A DNA stretch of 64,000 nucleotides from Octopus bimaculoides (GCF_001194135.2 NC_068982.1:190862834-190926833), one strand, 5' to 3'; positions 23,839 to 37,294 are shown, counted from the first letter of the stretch. Notes: generated by a model not told the origin, from the sequence alone. Program-made: numbers and translations.

Positions 23839-26579
23839 TCATGCAAGGGATGTTGTTTCTTTGCAGTCTTTTGTGAAAAACATGTCTGTCCCTGGGGAAA
23901 TATTATCCTGGAGACAGATAAGGGTTGGCAACAGGAAGAGCTTCTGGCTGTCGAAAATTTGCCTTGAAAATTTCCAAGCATGGAAGGCAAGCATCAACCC
24001 TTTGGCATTTAAACTGACCATATCTGGCCCAAAATATTCCACCTGTTTTGTGCACAAACTGGCCGGCTCTGTCTGCTCACACCTACCCTACCATGTCGTT
24101 CTAAACATAAACAATCACATCCTCAAAATCTCAAAGCTATGAGATAATCCATGATTAACTCAAAGCAATATTAATAAATAAGCATTGTATTGAACAGAGT
24201 AATCTGAATGCTAAAAAGTTAAACACTGATGATGACAATGATGATGATGATTGTGGTGGTGGTGATGATGATGTTGATGATGATGATGATCTTGACTTGA
24301 ATTATAAAATTTATTGTACTCCACCATTAATTATTTGTGATAATAACAGTTATGATTGTGAATATTTAAATTTTTGCCTTAATATCAAAAATATTTGAGC
24401 TTTTCTCTTTCTCTTTTTTTTTTCCTTGCTTTACCAACAAGAATGTTTTGTAGTTGAAAGGCCACATCTAAATGAATCCCTTTGTGACTGTCCAACTTGA
24501 AAATACCACTGCAATTAAGCATTTTCATCTCACTCCCTCATTATGTTCACTTGTGGTATTTCCTCTGCCCTTAACACCAGGCTATTTATATCATTAGCAT
24601 TCTTCAAGAACTGGCTGTTTGTTGGTCACTCATTAGTCATGTGTTACTGTCTTTTTTAATCCTTTTCCCATCATTTTTCTAAACGATGGGGTCTTTCAGT
24701 TACTGAATGGTGAACAACAACAATCAAAACAAAGACAAGTATAGTTTTTTTTTTCTTTAATCATTTCAGTGCTGGGGCACTGCCTTGAATTATTCTGTTG
24801 GTCTCTTTTGCCGAACTGCTAAGTTACAGGGATATAAACACACCAGCATTGGTTGTGAAGCAGTGGTATAGAACATACACGTGCATAAATACACATATAC
24901 ACATGACAAGTTTCTTTCTGTTTCCATCTACAAAATCCACTCACAAGGCTTTGGTCGGCCCGAGGCCATAGTACAAAACACTTGCCCACGGTCCCATGCA
25001 GTAAGACTGAACCTGGAATCATGTGATTGTGAAGTGAACTTCTGATCTAGCTTTTTAATGCATAAAATGTTTACTCAAGTTTCCATTTTCTTTTCTCTTT
25101 CAGGTGAGTTGTCTTTCCAAACTAATCATTATGACACCAAACTATCTCTATAAAGGTACCGTGAGGATTTGTTATTTATTATTGTGTGATGATGATTACA
25201 GCACAATGCTTGGAATAGCATTGGTGGTCAGCATCTACCGATGTAGTAAAGGAAGTTAAGAAATTGGAATGAGATTTTGGGGTGGAACATACTTTTTATA
25301 TAAGAGAGAAAGATTCACATGGGAACATAGGTACGAAACAAGGTGGAGAAAATATCGTTTGGCTGGCAAATCTAGAATAAAATTTAGTGTTTTACTGAAG
25401 CAGAGAAACTCGGTGAAGTGTATGTCAGAGTTTCACACTTTTGCTGATCAGATAGAAGTGAACCTTTTGTTAGAATACAATAGTTTTGAATGGTGCAGCA
25501 ATGAAGATTAGGGAACAAATGATGACAGGGACACTTAAAGCTGACTGGGCTGAGGGTTCTGTTTGGTAAGCATCATTGACTGTTGACAAAAAACAAAATA
25601 AACATTAATAAAATGAAGTTCTATGCATTGGGGTCTGAAAATAATTACAATATCTGCAGGTAAGGACAATATCATGTGAGGTGATTGTTTTCTATAGCGT
25701 CAGGTCTTGTGAGTGACATTAGGTTGACGGAAACAGTACAGAAGCCTGTCATGTGGATTGTACCAGTAATTCAACAGGAGCAATCTTGTTTACTGTGTAA
25801 TGGTGATTGTAAAGATAGATGCATTTGTGAAGTATTCAGCCAGTTCAGGAGCAGATAATTCTGTTGGTTTAACAACTGACTGCTCATCACCAAGTGATGG
25901 ACATCCACCATCATCATGTGTGTGTGTGTGTGTGTGCAGAGTGTCTGTGGGTGGGTGCGTGTGTACTTATTCAATCATAGGGTAGACAGCATATTTGATT
26001 ATCTGTGACTTTTTTTTTAATCCAATAATATTGAAAACTATTGATTATCTCCTAAAACAAACCTAATCATTGAAGCTGTTATCAAAGTTAGATATAGACT
26101 CTATAAAATGGCTTTCGTAGTACTGGTATTGTAATGAAACTTAAATCAATGTAATTATCATAGAAATTTGGTAGTAAAGTTGTAAAAAAAAAGTGGAAAG
26201 AAAAATATTTATATACTTTTCATTACATCACCATTTCTGCCTCCCACGCTATAAACTATAAGAATGTGTGTGGATGCATGTTTATATGTGTGTGAGAGAG
26301 AGAGAGTGAGTATGTCTGTATGTCTCCTGATTATTTTCTTCACAATAATATAAAATCTCAGAAGGAAAAAAATGCAATGTTGAAATTTTTTGAATCATAG
26401 AAGAATGTTCATTGTTTGGTTTATTATCTTTGAAATATTTGTTGCAGCATCTTTTAGAAGATGCTGCAACAAAAAGAATGGCTAATTTAATAAAGGGGCT
26501 ACAAAGAACCACAGAATCAAGTTTCTGTATATATTTGTCTGAAAGGTTTAACCATCTAGCATTTAAACTGGCCATATCA

Positions 26580-26880
26580 AACCACACGGTTCATAATTCT
26601 GTCCCACTGTGTGGCACTTTGGGCAAGTGTCTTCTCAGGCCAACCAAAACCTTGTGAATGGATTTAGTTAACAGAAACTGAAAGAAACCCATCATTTGTG
26701 TGTGTGTGTGTGCATCTTTTTGAGTGTTTAGCAGTTCAGCAAAAGAGATTGATAGAATGAGTACCAGGATTTAAAAAAATGAAAACTAAGCCCTGGGGGT
26801 TGATTCATTTGAGTGAAAATTCTTGAAGGTGGTGCCCCAGCATGGCCACCCTCTGATGACTGAAATAAGTATTAAAAAAA
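26580..26880 (+). mobile_element. SINE family A
   Basis: AACCACACGGTTC..GTCCCACTGTGTGGCACTTTGGGCAAGTG..GGTGCCCCAGCATGGCC. Confidence 0.8.
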
Positions 26881-27404
26881 AAAGCAGAAACGAAGAAGTA
26901 AGATATATATATATATAAAGGTTAGATTCTTTGCAATCAGATTTCTTGTGTTGTTCTTGTTTCTGCTGATCTGGAAGTATTTCTTTTGTCCTGTCCTGCA
27001 GACTTGATTGAGAAGACTTTAATGTCCACAAAAGATTAAAAGATAATGAAGAAGCCATCAAGATTCTACTTAGCTGAAGTGTTTAGAAAAAAAAACTAGG
27101 GTTTCTTTCAGTACTCATCTCCTCTTCACTTCCTTTGTTTTTTTAATTTTTTTTTTTTTTTCTTATTTGTTTCTTCAGATTTATGCAATCTCTATCAAAG
27201 GTCTTTTAGTTTGTATTTGAAACTACTGCAGTGGCCATACTGCATTCAATGAATGAGAAATAAACACATCTCTATGGCAGATGATTGGACTAAAATATGA
27301 AAGGAAAGAAGTTAATGCAAGAATATTCAAATCTTAAGAATTTCTCTTGTAATCTTTGTCTCTTGCAACACAACACTGGAATGTAACTAAAACACACAAC
27401 GTTA

Positions 27405-27945
27405 NNNNNNNNNNNNNNNNNNNNNNNNNNNNNNNNNNNNNNNNNNNNNNNNNNNNNNNNNNNNNNNNNNNNNNNNNNNNNNNNNNNNNNNNNNNNNNNN
27501 NNNNNNNNNNNNNNNNNNNNNNNNNNNNNNNNNNNNNNNNNNNNNNNNNNNNNNNNNNNNNNNNNNNNNNNNNNNNNNNNNNNNNNNNNNNNNNNNNNNN
27601 NNNNNNNNNNNNNNNNNNNNNNNNNNNNNNNNNNNNNNNNNNNNNNNNNNNNNNNNNNNNNNNNNNNNNNNNNNNNNNNNNNNNNNNNNNNNNNNNNNNN
27701 NNNNNNNNNNNNNNNNNNNNNNNNNNNNNNNNNNNNNNNNNNNNNNNNNNNNNNNNNNNNNNNNNNNNNNNNNNNNNNNNNNNNNNNNNNNNNNNNNNNN
27801 NNNNNNNNNNNNNNNNNNNNNNNNNNNNNNNNNNNNNNNNNNNNNNNNNNNNNNNNNNNNNNNNNNNNNNNNNNNNNNNNNNNNNNNNNNNNNNNNNNNN
27901 NNNNNNNNNNNNNNNNNNNNNNNNNNNNNNNNNNNNNNNNNNNNN
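27405..27945. other. assembly gap
   Basis: Run of N. Confidence 1.
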
Positions 27946-29399
27946 TATATATATATATATATATATATATTTTTATCTTTTACTTATTTCAGTCATTAAA
28001 CTTTGGCCATGCTGGGGCACTGCCTTGAATTTTAGTTGAACAAATTGACCCCAGTATTTCTTTTATATAATTTTTTAAAGTTTGGTACTTATTCTATCAG
28101 TTACTTTTGCCAAACTGCTAAGTTATGGGGACATAAACACATCAGTGGTGCAGGAGGACATCGCCTTGAAGAATTTTAATCAACCTGAGAACTTATTTTT
28201 TTAAAGCTGGTGCTTATTCTATCGGTTTGTTTTGCCAAACAGCTAAGTTACAGGGACATAAACACACCAGCACTGGTTGTGAAGCGGTGGGAGGAGGACA
28301 AGGAGAAATCAACATTTTCCAGCCACCAATACATTGTTCAGGAACAATATTAGTTTCAAATTTTAACACAAGGCCAGCAATTCCGAAGGAGGAGGGGCAA
28401 ATCATTTACTTTTTTTTTTTTTTTTTTTACCCTCTAAGGATGAAAGACAAAGCTGACCCTAGCAGCATTCAAACTCAAAATGTAAAAACAGACAAAATGC
28501 CACTTAGCATTTTGCCCCACATGCTACGATTCTACCAGCTTGCTGCCACATTGTTAAAATATCTGAATATATTTCTCAATCTCCTTTCATTCGTTCCAAT
28601 ATCACACAAAACACTTGTTCTTCTCTCACTTACGCTCCAGCCTCTCCATAATCAATGATTTCTCCCTTTTTTTTTATTCAGTGCCACAACTTTTTTTAAT
28701 CTTTTTTTTACTGCAAGCTGCTGCATTTGATCCTATTTGATGTTCCTATGTTTGCAGGTGTGCATGTATGGCAGTGTGGTTAAGCAGCTTTGTTTGCAAT
28801 CCTGTGCTTTCAGGTTCTGTACCTCTGCACAGCACCTTAGGCAAGTAGGCCAACCAATGCCTCCTAAGTGAATTTGGCAGATGGAAACTGTGTAGAAACC
28901 TGTTGTATGTGTTTATGGGGAAATATTACCTGACTCGGAAACATGAGGATTGTTGATATGAAGGGCATCAGCCATAAAAAATCTGCCCTAACATATTTCA
29001 TCTGGCCTAAGTTAGCACGGAAAATTAGAAGTTAAAATGGTGATCTTTTTCTCTTCCTTCACATCAGGTCCGTTATGTTTGTGTCAGATTGTTGTTTTTA
29101 TTTAAATGTTTCAGCAGTATTCTTGGTGTTTTTAAAAGTATGGATACATTCTGGTTGTGGTACATCTTTCATTTGGCCTCCACTGCTAATTAGCTCACCT
29201 CATTAACAGAAACTTGCTACTATCTCCAAGATCCTCTCAGGCATTTTAGAAAACCTATTTCCTGTGTGCTCATGGTGTTTACTCCTCCTGAATATCTCCC
29301 ACGTACAAAAGACTACTTTGGCATTTTTAATTTTGGTTGTTTATAAATATATGTTGGTGTGTGTTTGTGTGTGCATGTATGTATGTGCTTGTATCTATA

Positions 29400-29945
29400 T
29401 ACACAAGATCTGGTCCAAAAGTAATCAAGACTGGTGCCATAAAAAGAAAACTACAGTGCATATCAACTTGGCATTTAATCTTCTTTGAAGTTGTCCCCTT
29501 CTGGAGCCACACACTTTCTCCAGCATCATTTCCATTGATGGGAACAAGTGTTCCTGGAACTCCTTTTTGAGATAGTGAGCATCTTCCTCATCACGTTCTC
29601 TTGGATTTCCTCAACATCTTGAATTCTTGTAACTTTCAAGCCTTGGTTTCAGGGTCGTTGCCATAGTCCCATGATTCTTCACCTGTTCTGATGGTTTTTA
29701 AAATTCTTTTGTCTCCCTCAACACAAGGAGATCCTACACAGCTGAAACCTTTTCAAGACATTCACACTCTGCAAACTTTACTTCCAGGCTCTGCTAGAAA
29801 CAATGGAACCAAGCAAGAACATTATAACTGAGTGTCAAATGCCAACAGAGTTCAAGGTCAATCTGTGTCAAGTGACTTCACTTGGTGAACTTTGGCTCCA
29901 TTACCATAGCAACAGTCCCAGATACATTTTGATCAGACATCATAT
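29400..29945 (-). mobile_element. internally deleted mariner relic
   Basis: TIR-like ends AGATCTGGTCCAAAAGTAATCAAGACT and GTCCCAGATACATTTTGATCAGACATC; minus strand reads TGEESWDYGNDPETK and a C-terminal APEGDNFEED*. Confidence 0.6.
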
Positions 29946-30095
29946 AGATATTTATAAAATTGTATGTGGGGACATAATCATAGTAAACAATGAATCCTGG
30001 GTTAAGAAATGGGGGTCAATCTAATTGGCCCTTGGTTGCATCTACACACGCAAATAATGTCCTCATACCTTTTTTCTGTTTTTTCATGTTGACAG

Positions 30096-30129
30096 AAGCT
30101 TAGCTGGTCTCTCAGTGCCTGGCCAAGGA
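30096..30129 (+). CDS. candidate 34-nt micro-exon (SLAGLSVPGQG if phase 2-0)
   Basis: CTCATACCTTTTTTCTGTTTTTTCATGTTGACAG acceptor and GTGAGT donor. Confidence 0.35.
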
Positions 30130-31167
30130 GTGAGTGTGACCATAGATGTGGTGGTGGTGGTGGTGGTGGTGGTGGTGGGGAAGATTAAAGAGTTTTGTTC
30201 AGAGTTACTGCTCTCCTCAGTGGGTTACCTCCACCGCAACAGCTTACACAGACAATACTAATCTCTCGTCTCTTCAGTACACACACACACACGCACACAC
30301 ACACATACATGTTTATCTCATAAAACATAAGAGATTCATCATCATCATCATCGTTTTATGTCCATTTTCCATGCTGGCATGGGTTGGACGGTTCAACTGG
30401 GAGGGCTGGCAAGCCAGTAGGCTGCGCCAGACTCCAGTCTGATTTGGCAGTGTTTCTTACAGCTGGATGCCCTTCCTAACGCCAATCACTCCGAGAGTGT
30501 AGTGGGTGCTTTTTTACATGCCAACTCTAGTGAGGTCACCATTTAACTCACAAGATTAAGATGCTCTTTGACTTAGTGGGGCTACAGTAGAGAAAGATGG
30601 CTTAATATATATGAAGATGGGAACTAAAGATTGAGAAACCAGTTTTAAAATGTTCATTTTTAAATGAAAACTTTCTTATTTTAATCAAAACCTTCAAAGT
30701 TTTGTTTCGGTTATCTCCCACCCCCTGCCTCCCACTAAATCCTCGTTAATTCTTGTTTAGTTTTAAAACTGAGTCAAATACAATGATTTGCTAATGTGGT
30801 GAGATAAGACTCAAATAGCTTTGTTAATAATATCTGCTGTGTTTATCTCTGGCATCTCTCTCTCTCTCTCTCTCTCTCCACCCCAGCACCACCATTTCTT
30901 GGTTTTTATCCTGTAATCTTTGCCTCCAGGAAGTTTCCTTTAACTATTTAACCATTTTTTCCATCCTTGGCCCCATTTTCCACAAAATATAGTCTTTCCA
31001 CATTCTTTCATTCTTTCTTTCCTTCCTCACTGTCTCTTTCACTACCTAAATTTACATCATCGTATTTATTTTCAGATTTAGTTTTTTCAAATTAATCTCC
31101 AGAACTTTTTTCAATTTTTTGGCATCTAATTTCTGCTAGTAGACATCTTAACAGTATTCTCTTTCTT

Positions 31168-31207
<40 letters not shown>

Positions 31208-31884
31208 CTTTGAGGTTCTTTTTCTTTTTCTTCTTCTGCCAGCAACCTGCAATTTTATTTTCACCATAATTATATTCTCTGCTATTGTTTTTTCATTTCT
31301 TCTTCTTCTATACTTGCTGCTTTATCTCTTGTCTCTACCTTTTCACAAAACTCTCCTTTGTTCATGTTGTATTGCTGCTCATATCTAATACAAACCACCA
31401 TCTACTAAGTAGATTCAGTGGATTGTTGGTGTTTCTGGATCCAGAACTTAAATTCTGTCTCAAAGCTAAGCATTCTAAATTCTTCCTCTATTTCTAAAGC
31501 TGTTCTCTCAATGGAACTGCACTTCAGTGGATTAGATCTTTCGGTCTTGTGGATTACAGTTAATCAACCTGAAGAATTTGCTTTTCATAATTAATAGACT
31601 AACATAACAGTTCTCAACCACGGCTCACAAAGCCACAAGCAATCCTCAAAGCATCCTTCCAGCAGCCTTCAAATGTCTTTTCTCTAGAAATGTTATAACT
31701 TTTTCTGTAATTGATTTGTATTTCACTTTTTGGGTAGCCCCCACTAAAAAAAAACTCCAAGTTTTTTTAATCTGGACATAACGAGATATTAAATCTCTGT
31801 GGTGAAAATAACGAGATGCTGAAATCACCTGAGAAACTTTTGGTTTTTATTTCACTCTCTTCTCATTTCTGTATGTCTGACTGG

Positions 31885-32830
31885 TTGGTGTTTTGAGGAG
31901 TTCCTTCCATGCCCTCCCCACTCACTATAGCCAACCATCTCCCTCCCTATCTCTCCTTCACCTTATCATCCCCCACCTACTCTCTGATCTATTATCCCTA
32001 ATCCACTTCTATCTTTCTCAGCATGCCCACCCACCAGGCTGCTCCTTCTACCTTGTTCCTCATTCATCTCTACCCCCCCCCCACTTCTAATCATGTCACT
32101 CTCTCCACCCCACCCTTCCTGCCAATCCTCTGTCCTTTTCCTTTCTTGTCTTCCCCTCCTTTATTCTTTGAGGGTCTTCTCTGTGGTACCCTCTTCCCTC
32201 CCTCCCTCCCAACCACTTCCACCCAGCTTTATGTGATGTAGGCTACCCAACCATCTCCTCTACAGCAGGACGCCTCTACTCATACTTGTAGCAACATCTA
32301 CCCAGGGTGTGTTGGACCAGCTCCGACTGAGTTTACCATGTCCCTCATGAATGCTGACCACATCCAACAATCAGGCTGTAATGGACACTCACTCCTGCTT
32401 TCACTGCTGAAGACCATAGACTAGACGCAGGGGCCTGATTGTGCTTCTGTGCTGGTCCCTGTGTCATACTTTAAGCTCCCAACATCTGGCATAAAACCAC
32501 CTCCCCTAGTCTCACCCCTCCACACACACACACGCACGCACTTAGTTGTCGGGGTTTTTCCCCCCTTTTTTCTCCTGTTCTTTCTCTGTCTTGCAGGTTA
32601 TTTGGTGACCTCACTAGTGCTGGTGCCTCAAAAAAAGGAAAATCAAAAAAGCACCCAGTGTCACCCTATAAAGTAGTTGGCATTAGGGAAAGGAACTCAG
32701 CCATAGAAACTTCTGCCAGAGTTGACAAAGGAGCTCAATGCAGCCCTGCAACTCACCAATCCTGTCAAACTATTCAACCCATGACAGCATAGAAAGCAGA
32801 CGTTAAATGATGGTGATGATGATGATCAAA
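31885..32830 (+). mobile_element. C/T-rich long 3' region of an RTE-type element ending in the (GAT)n tail
   Basis: Pyrimidine-rich block, then GGTGACCTCACTAGTGCTGGTGCC..AAAGCACCCAGT..CCCATG..CAGACGTTAAATGATG. Confidence 0.55.
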
Positions 32831-33182
32831 CTTTATTAACTTTACTTTTTCACTATCATCATTGCCAGATTCTCTTGTTTCCCCACCCCCACCCCCCATG
32901 CTTTCTCTTGTTACAAGTATGCTTTGGAAAGAATCAAATTTCAGACTTTTAATGGATGGTTTTGTTGTTAAGGCTACATGATGGCTGACCACCACCACTG
33001 TTGTTGTCTTTATATTTAACACTCACAACACACACTGAGGAAACGCAAGTCGTTATGAACACAGTGTTTGTTCAAAGTAAATGAAATGCAGACTTATAAA
33101 GAAAACAAAAAAACAGCATAGAGATGTGTTGAATCCTTTAAAAAAATATAGAAATTATAGGTACAAGCATGGCTGTGTGGTA

Positions 33183-33525
33183 AGAAGCTTGCTTCTCAAC
33201 CATGTGGTTCTGGGTTCAGTCCCTTTGGCAAGAGTTTTCTACTATGGCTTCAGGGCAACCAAAGCTTTGTGAGTAGATTTTGTAGATGGAAACTGAAAGA
33301 AGCCCATCGTGTGCGTGTGTGTCCTCTATTGCTGCTTGGCAACTGGTGTTGTTGTGTTTTTGCCCCCATAACATAGCTGTTTGGCAAAAGAGACTGATAG
33401 AATAAGGACTGGGTTTTTAAAAAAATAAGTACTAGAATCATTTCATTCAACTAAAAAATTTTGAAGGTGGTGCCCCAGCATGGCCACAGTCTAATGACTG
33501 AAACAAGTGTGAGAGATAAAAGGAA
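33183..33525 (+). mobile_element. SINE family A, full length
   Basis: GCATGGCTGTGTGGTAAGAAGCTTGCTT head to GACTGAAACAAG tail. Confidence 0.85.
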
Positions 33526-33567
33526 AGAGAGACTCAATCTGATTGTTAGAAGTGGTTCAGTATTGTT

Positions 33568-33602
<35 letters not shown>

Positions 33603-33853
33603 CTGGTGTTTGTTGGTGTAGTTTTATTCAAGTGTTATATAAAAAAATGAGGTTAGCAATGAGTGCAGTTTGAGTGTTGGTTGGAGAGGGAGTGAGAGAT
33701 AGAGTGAGGCTTCAAGTGGCTGATGACATTGGGACGGCTTTCTTCAGATAATACACCCTGGCTACACAAACAAACAGACATACGATGTGTGTGTGTGCAC
33801 ATAAGTATGTGACTATGTGACTGTGTGTGTATAAATATATGTGCATGTATGTA

Positions 33854-35148
33854 CAAGGGGTGTCCATTAAAGATTTCCCCTGACCCACTTCCCAAGGACT
33901 GGGATAAACAAAACTTGGCATAATTATTAATCCTTCTCTACACAGTCACCACCACTGGTGACACACTTCTTCCATCACTTTATGCAGCTGTGAAGACCTC
34001 ATCTGTAGAAGTCAGTAGGTTGTGTCTGGAGCCAAGACTCTACCTCGGAAATAAGTTCATCATCATCCCAAAAGTGCTTCCCCTTCAAAAAAAAAGACAT
34101 CATGGTTAAAAAGAGGTGGAAGTCAGATGGTGCAACGGAGGGAGAGTAAAGGGGAAATGAGGAAGGATTTCATAACCACAAGAGTGTGCTTTCATTTGGG
34201 CAACATCTACATTGTGAACTGGGGTGTTGTCTTAAAGAAGGGGGACTCCTTTGGTCAGCATACCATACATCTCTGCTTTGATGGCGCCATGCAATTTCTG
34301 CAGCAGAGAAGCATATTATTCCCCATTAACTGTGGTGCCCTTTGCCATAAAATCCTTCGTCATTACTCCGCTCTGGTCTCAAAAGACTGAGGATTGAACA
34401 CAAGCCTTCTTTGGAGGTGGTGAGTTATCCATGCTTCCATTGCTTCAACTGGACTTTAGTCTCAGGATCATATTGATGGACCCGTGTTTCATCCTTTGTG
34501 ATAAGTCTGCCAAAAATGTCCTCCCCATTTTCTTGGCAGATTGCCAAAAGAGCCTGGGAGCAATTGACTCGTTCCTACTTCTGAAAAGGTGTGAGCATCC
34601 GGGGAATCTATTGTGCAGACAACTTCTGCATGTGCAAATGGTCGTGAATGATTTGTTTTCATGGACCCTTGACTTATCTTCACTTCTTGGGCTAGTTGCC
34701 GAAGAGTTATGCGGTGACCCTCCACCCCACCCTTCCTGCCAATCCTCTGTCCTTTTCCTTTCTTGTCTTCCCCTCCTTTATTCTTTGAGGAATAGGAGCA
34801 GGTTCCACCAATGTCCGACCACATTTGAACTGACGATGCCAGTGCTTGACTATGTCGTATGATGGTGCATCATCTCCATAAGCTTCCTTCATCTCATCGA
34901 AAGTCTCTTTTGATGTACGACCTTCCAAGTACAAGAACCTGATCACCGATCTGCATTCAATTGCCTCCATTTAAAAACCTTGGTCCACTTCAGCAGACGT
35001 AAAAGACAGATGAATATTAGTGGAAAGCTACAGTTTACAATGTGACATGTGGAGACATGTATGATTATACCTGTACAACTTGCGTGTCCTGCAATTACAA
35101 GAAGTGCGTCAGGGGGAAATCTTTAATGACCACCACCACCCCCTCCTG
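33854..35148 (-). mobile_element. full-length decayed mariner transposon (~1.3 kb)
   Basis: TIRs (TA)CAAGGGGTGTCCATTAAAGATTTCCCCTGACCCACTTC and GAAGTGCGTCAGGGGGAAATCTTTAATG..(TA). Transposase from 34970: MEAIECRSVIRFLYLEGRTSKETFDEMKEAYGDDAPSY..; with frameshifts, remnants of the W(I/V)PR, QYDPETK and DN..VH motifs follow. Confidence 0.92.
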
Positions 35149-35400
35149 TACTTTTATTTATTACGTGTAGACATCTCTTTTGTTTTTATCTTTTATTTGT
35201 TTCAGTCATTAGACTGTGGCCCTGCTGGAGCACTGCTTTGGAGACGTTTTAACCGAATGAATGCACAACCCATACTTGTGTATTTTTTTTAAGCCTGCTA
35301 CTTATTCTATCAGTGTCTTTTGCTGAACCACTAAGTTACAGTGACATAAACACACCAGCACTGGTTATCAAGTGATATGCATAAGCATGTGTCTCTGTGT

Positions 35401-35450
<50 letters not shown>

Positions 35451-35999
35451 GCTAGCATGAAACATGACCTTAATTGGAGATGTGTGTGTGTGCGTGTGTG
35501 TGTGAGAGGGTCCATAAATATGTTGTCATCATTTCCAATGAGTCAGAGGAGGACTGCACCATCATCCAGTGTCTTCTTTGCTGTGGTTTTGTATAACTGG
35601 ATACCCTTCCTAATGTCATCCACATTACAGGGTGAACCGGGTGCATTTTTCTGTGGCAACAGCAGTGGTGGAATGTTGACACTAATGGCCTTGGGACCCC
35701 TATAAACTGAATGAGAATGGTAGATAGAGGATGTAAGGATTCTACGTGGATTAAGGAAAGCTGGTAAAGTATAATGAGAGGGACCAATTGGTAATGGTAA
35801 GAGGGGGAGGAAAGTAACTAAGCAGACAATATTAGAAGCTTGCAGAATCTTTAACACTTACAGGGCAAAATGCTTCACAGTATTTCATGTGTTTACGTTC
35901 CGAGTTCAGATTCCATTGAGCTTGACTTTGCTTTTCATCCTTATGAGGGTCTACAAAATAAGTACCAGTTGAACACTGGAGAAGATCTAATCAACTTTA

Positions 36000-36099
36000 T
36001 TTACATGATTTACAATTGACGGATATTTGTTCTCATCTTGTTTCAGCTGATATACCCTCCAGCATTCATCAGGTGTCTTGGGGAAATTTCGAACTTGGG
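36000..36099 (-). mobile_element. truncated copy of the hammerhead SINE tail
   Basis: Matches 17304-17415 but lacks 18 nt covering stem III, the cleavage site and the 3' strand of stem I. Confidence 0.8.
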
Positions 36100-36104
36100 C
36101 CCAG

Positions 36105-36300
36105 CATCTGTAGATCCTTCCTCACCCCTTTGTCCCATGTCTTCCTGGGTCTACTCCTTCCACATATTTCCCTCCACAGTTAGAGATTGACACTTCTTTA
36201 TGCAGTTGTCCTCATTCATGTGCATCACGTGACCATACCAGTGCAGTCTTCTCTCTTACACACTATATCTGATGCCTCCTATACCCATCCAATGGAGCAT
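36105..36300 (-). pseudogene. RTE RT C-terminal fragment
   Basis: ERRLHWYGHVMHMNEDNCIKKCQSLTVEG, homologous to the 61829 ORF. Confidence 0.85.
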
Positions 36301-37257
36301 GCATATCCCTCTCTCAGCAGAGATATCCATTCCTTGTGGGCTCATAGATGCCAGCATCGCATAAAAAGCACCCATGCCTGCGCCATGTAAGATGAACTTG
36401 TGTTGGTGCCACATAAAAGGCACCCTGTAAAGTGGTTGGCACTAGGATGGACATCCAACCATAGAAACCATGCCAAACCAGACAGTTGGAGCCTGGACGG
36501 CCCCTACTGAACTGTCCAACCCATACCTGCATGGAAAATGGACATTAAATGATGATGATGATGATGACAACTAATAAATTGAAGTTGCTGAGCATCTCAT
36601 CAGAAACGGGATATTTCTGAGTCGTATCTACATTTAGACTGTGAACAGAACCTAAAACCATTGATCAAAGACACTGTTGTGAGGAATTGCTAGTCCAAGA
36701 TTTCATTGAAGGTATTGACCAAAGATGCACTGGAAGGGAACAGTGTTTTTCTGAGAATGTTTGATATCTTGGGAGGAGAATGCAGGAAACTGAAGTGCAT
36801 AATGCAATGACACATTGCAGATTTATGCAACTTCTTGAAGTATGGAGGCAAATATTACAATGGCGGTAATGTCCACTGGTTTCATAGCCTCTATTAATAT
36901 TGTCATTTGATGTCATCTGTTAGAATTCATCTTACATATATCTTATCCCTGAGCATGAGGTTGCCCTGCTCCTTGTGGTTTGAAGTAGTCCTACATGCTG
37001 CATGGCAAACATGATAGATGCTGGTGTCATCATGAAAAATGGTGCCAGTCCACTTTGAAAAGTGGTTGGCATTAGGATAGGCTTCCAGCCATAGAAACCA
37101 TGCCAAAGTAGACACTGGAGCTCGATGCAGTCCTTGGACTCTCCAATTCCTGTTAAACCATCCAACCCATTTCATAGCAGTAGTTCCATCTAGATGAGTG
37201 ACAATTGAATTGATGGCTGTCGGATCTGCAGCTGGGAGCTGACAGCCCCTCTTCACA

Positions 37258-37294
<37 letters not shown>

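Noticed and set aside
25860-25915. TELSAPELA resembling the DTEGLRAPEL motif of very large GTPases
   Set aside because: No P-loop or other flanking motifs; short chance similarity.
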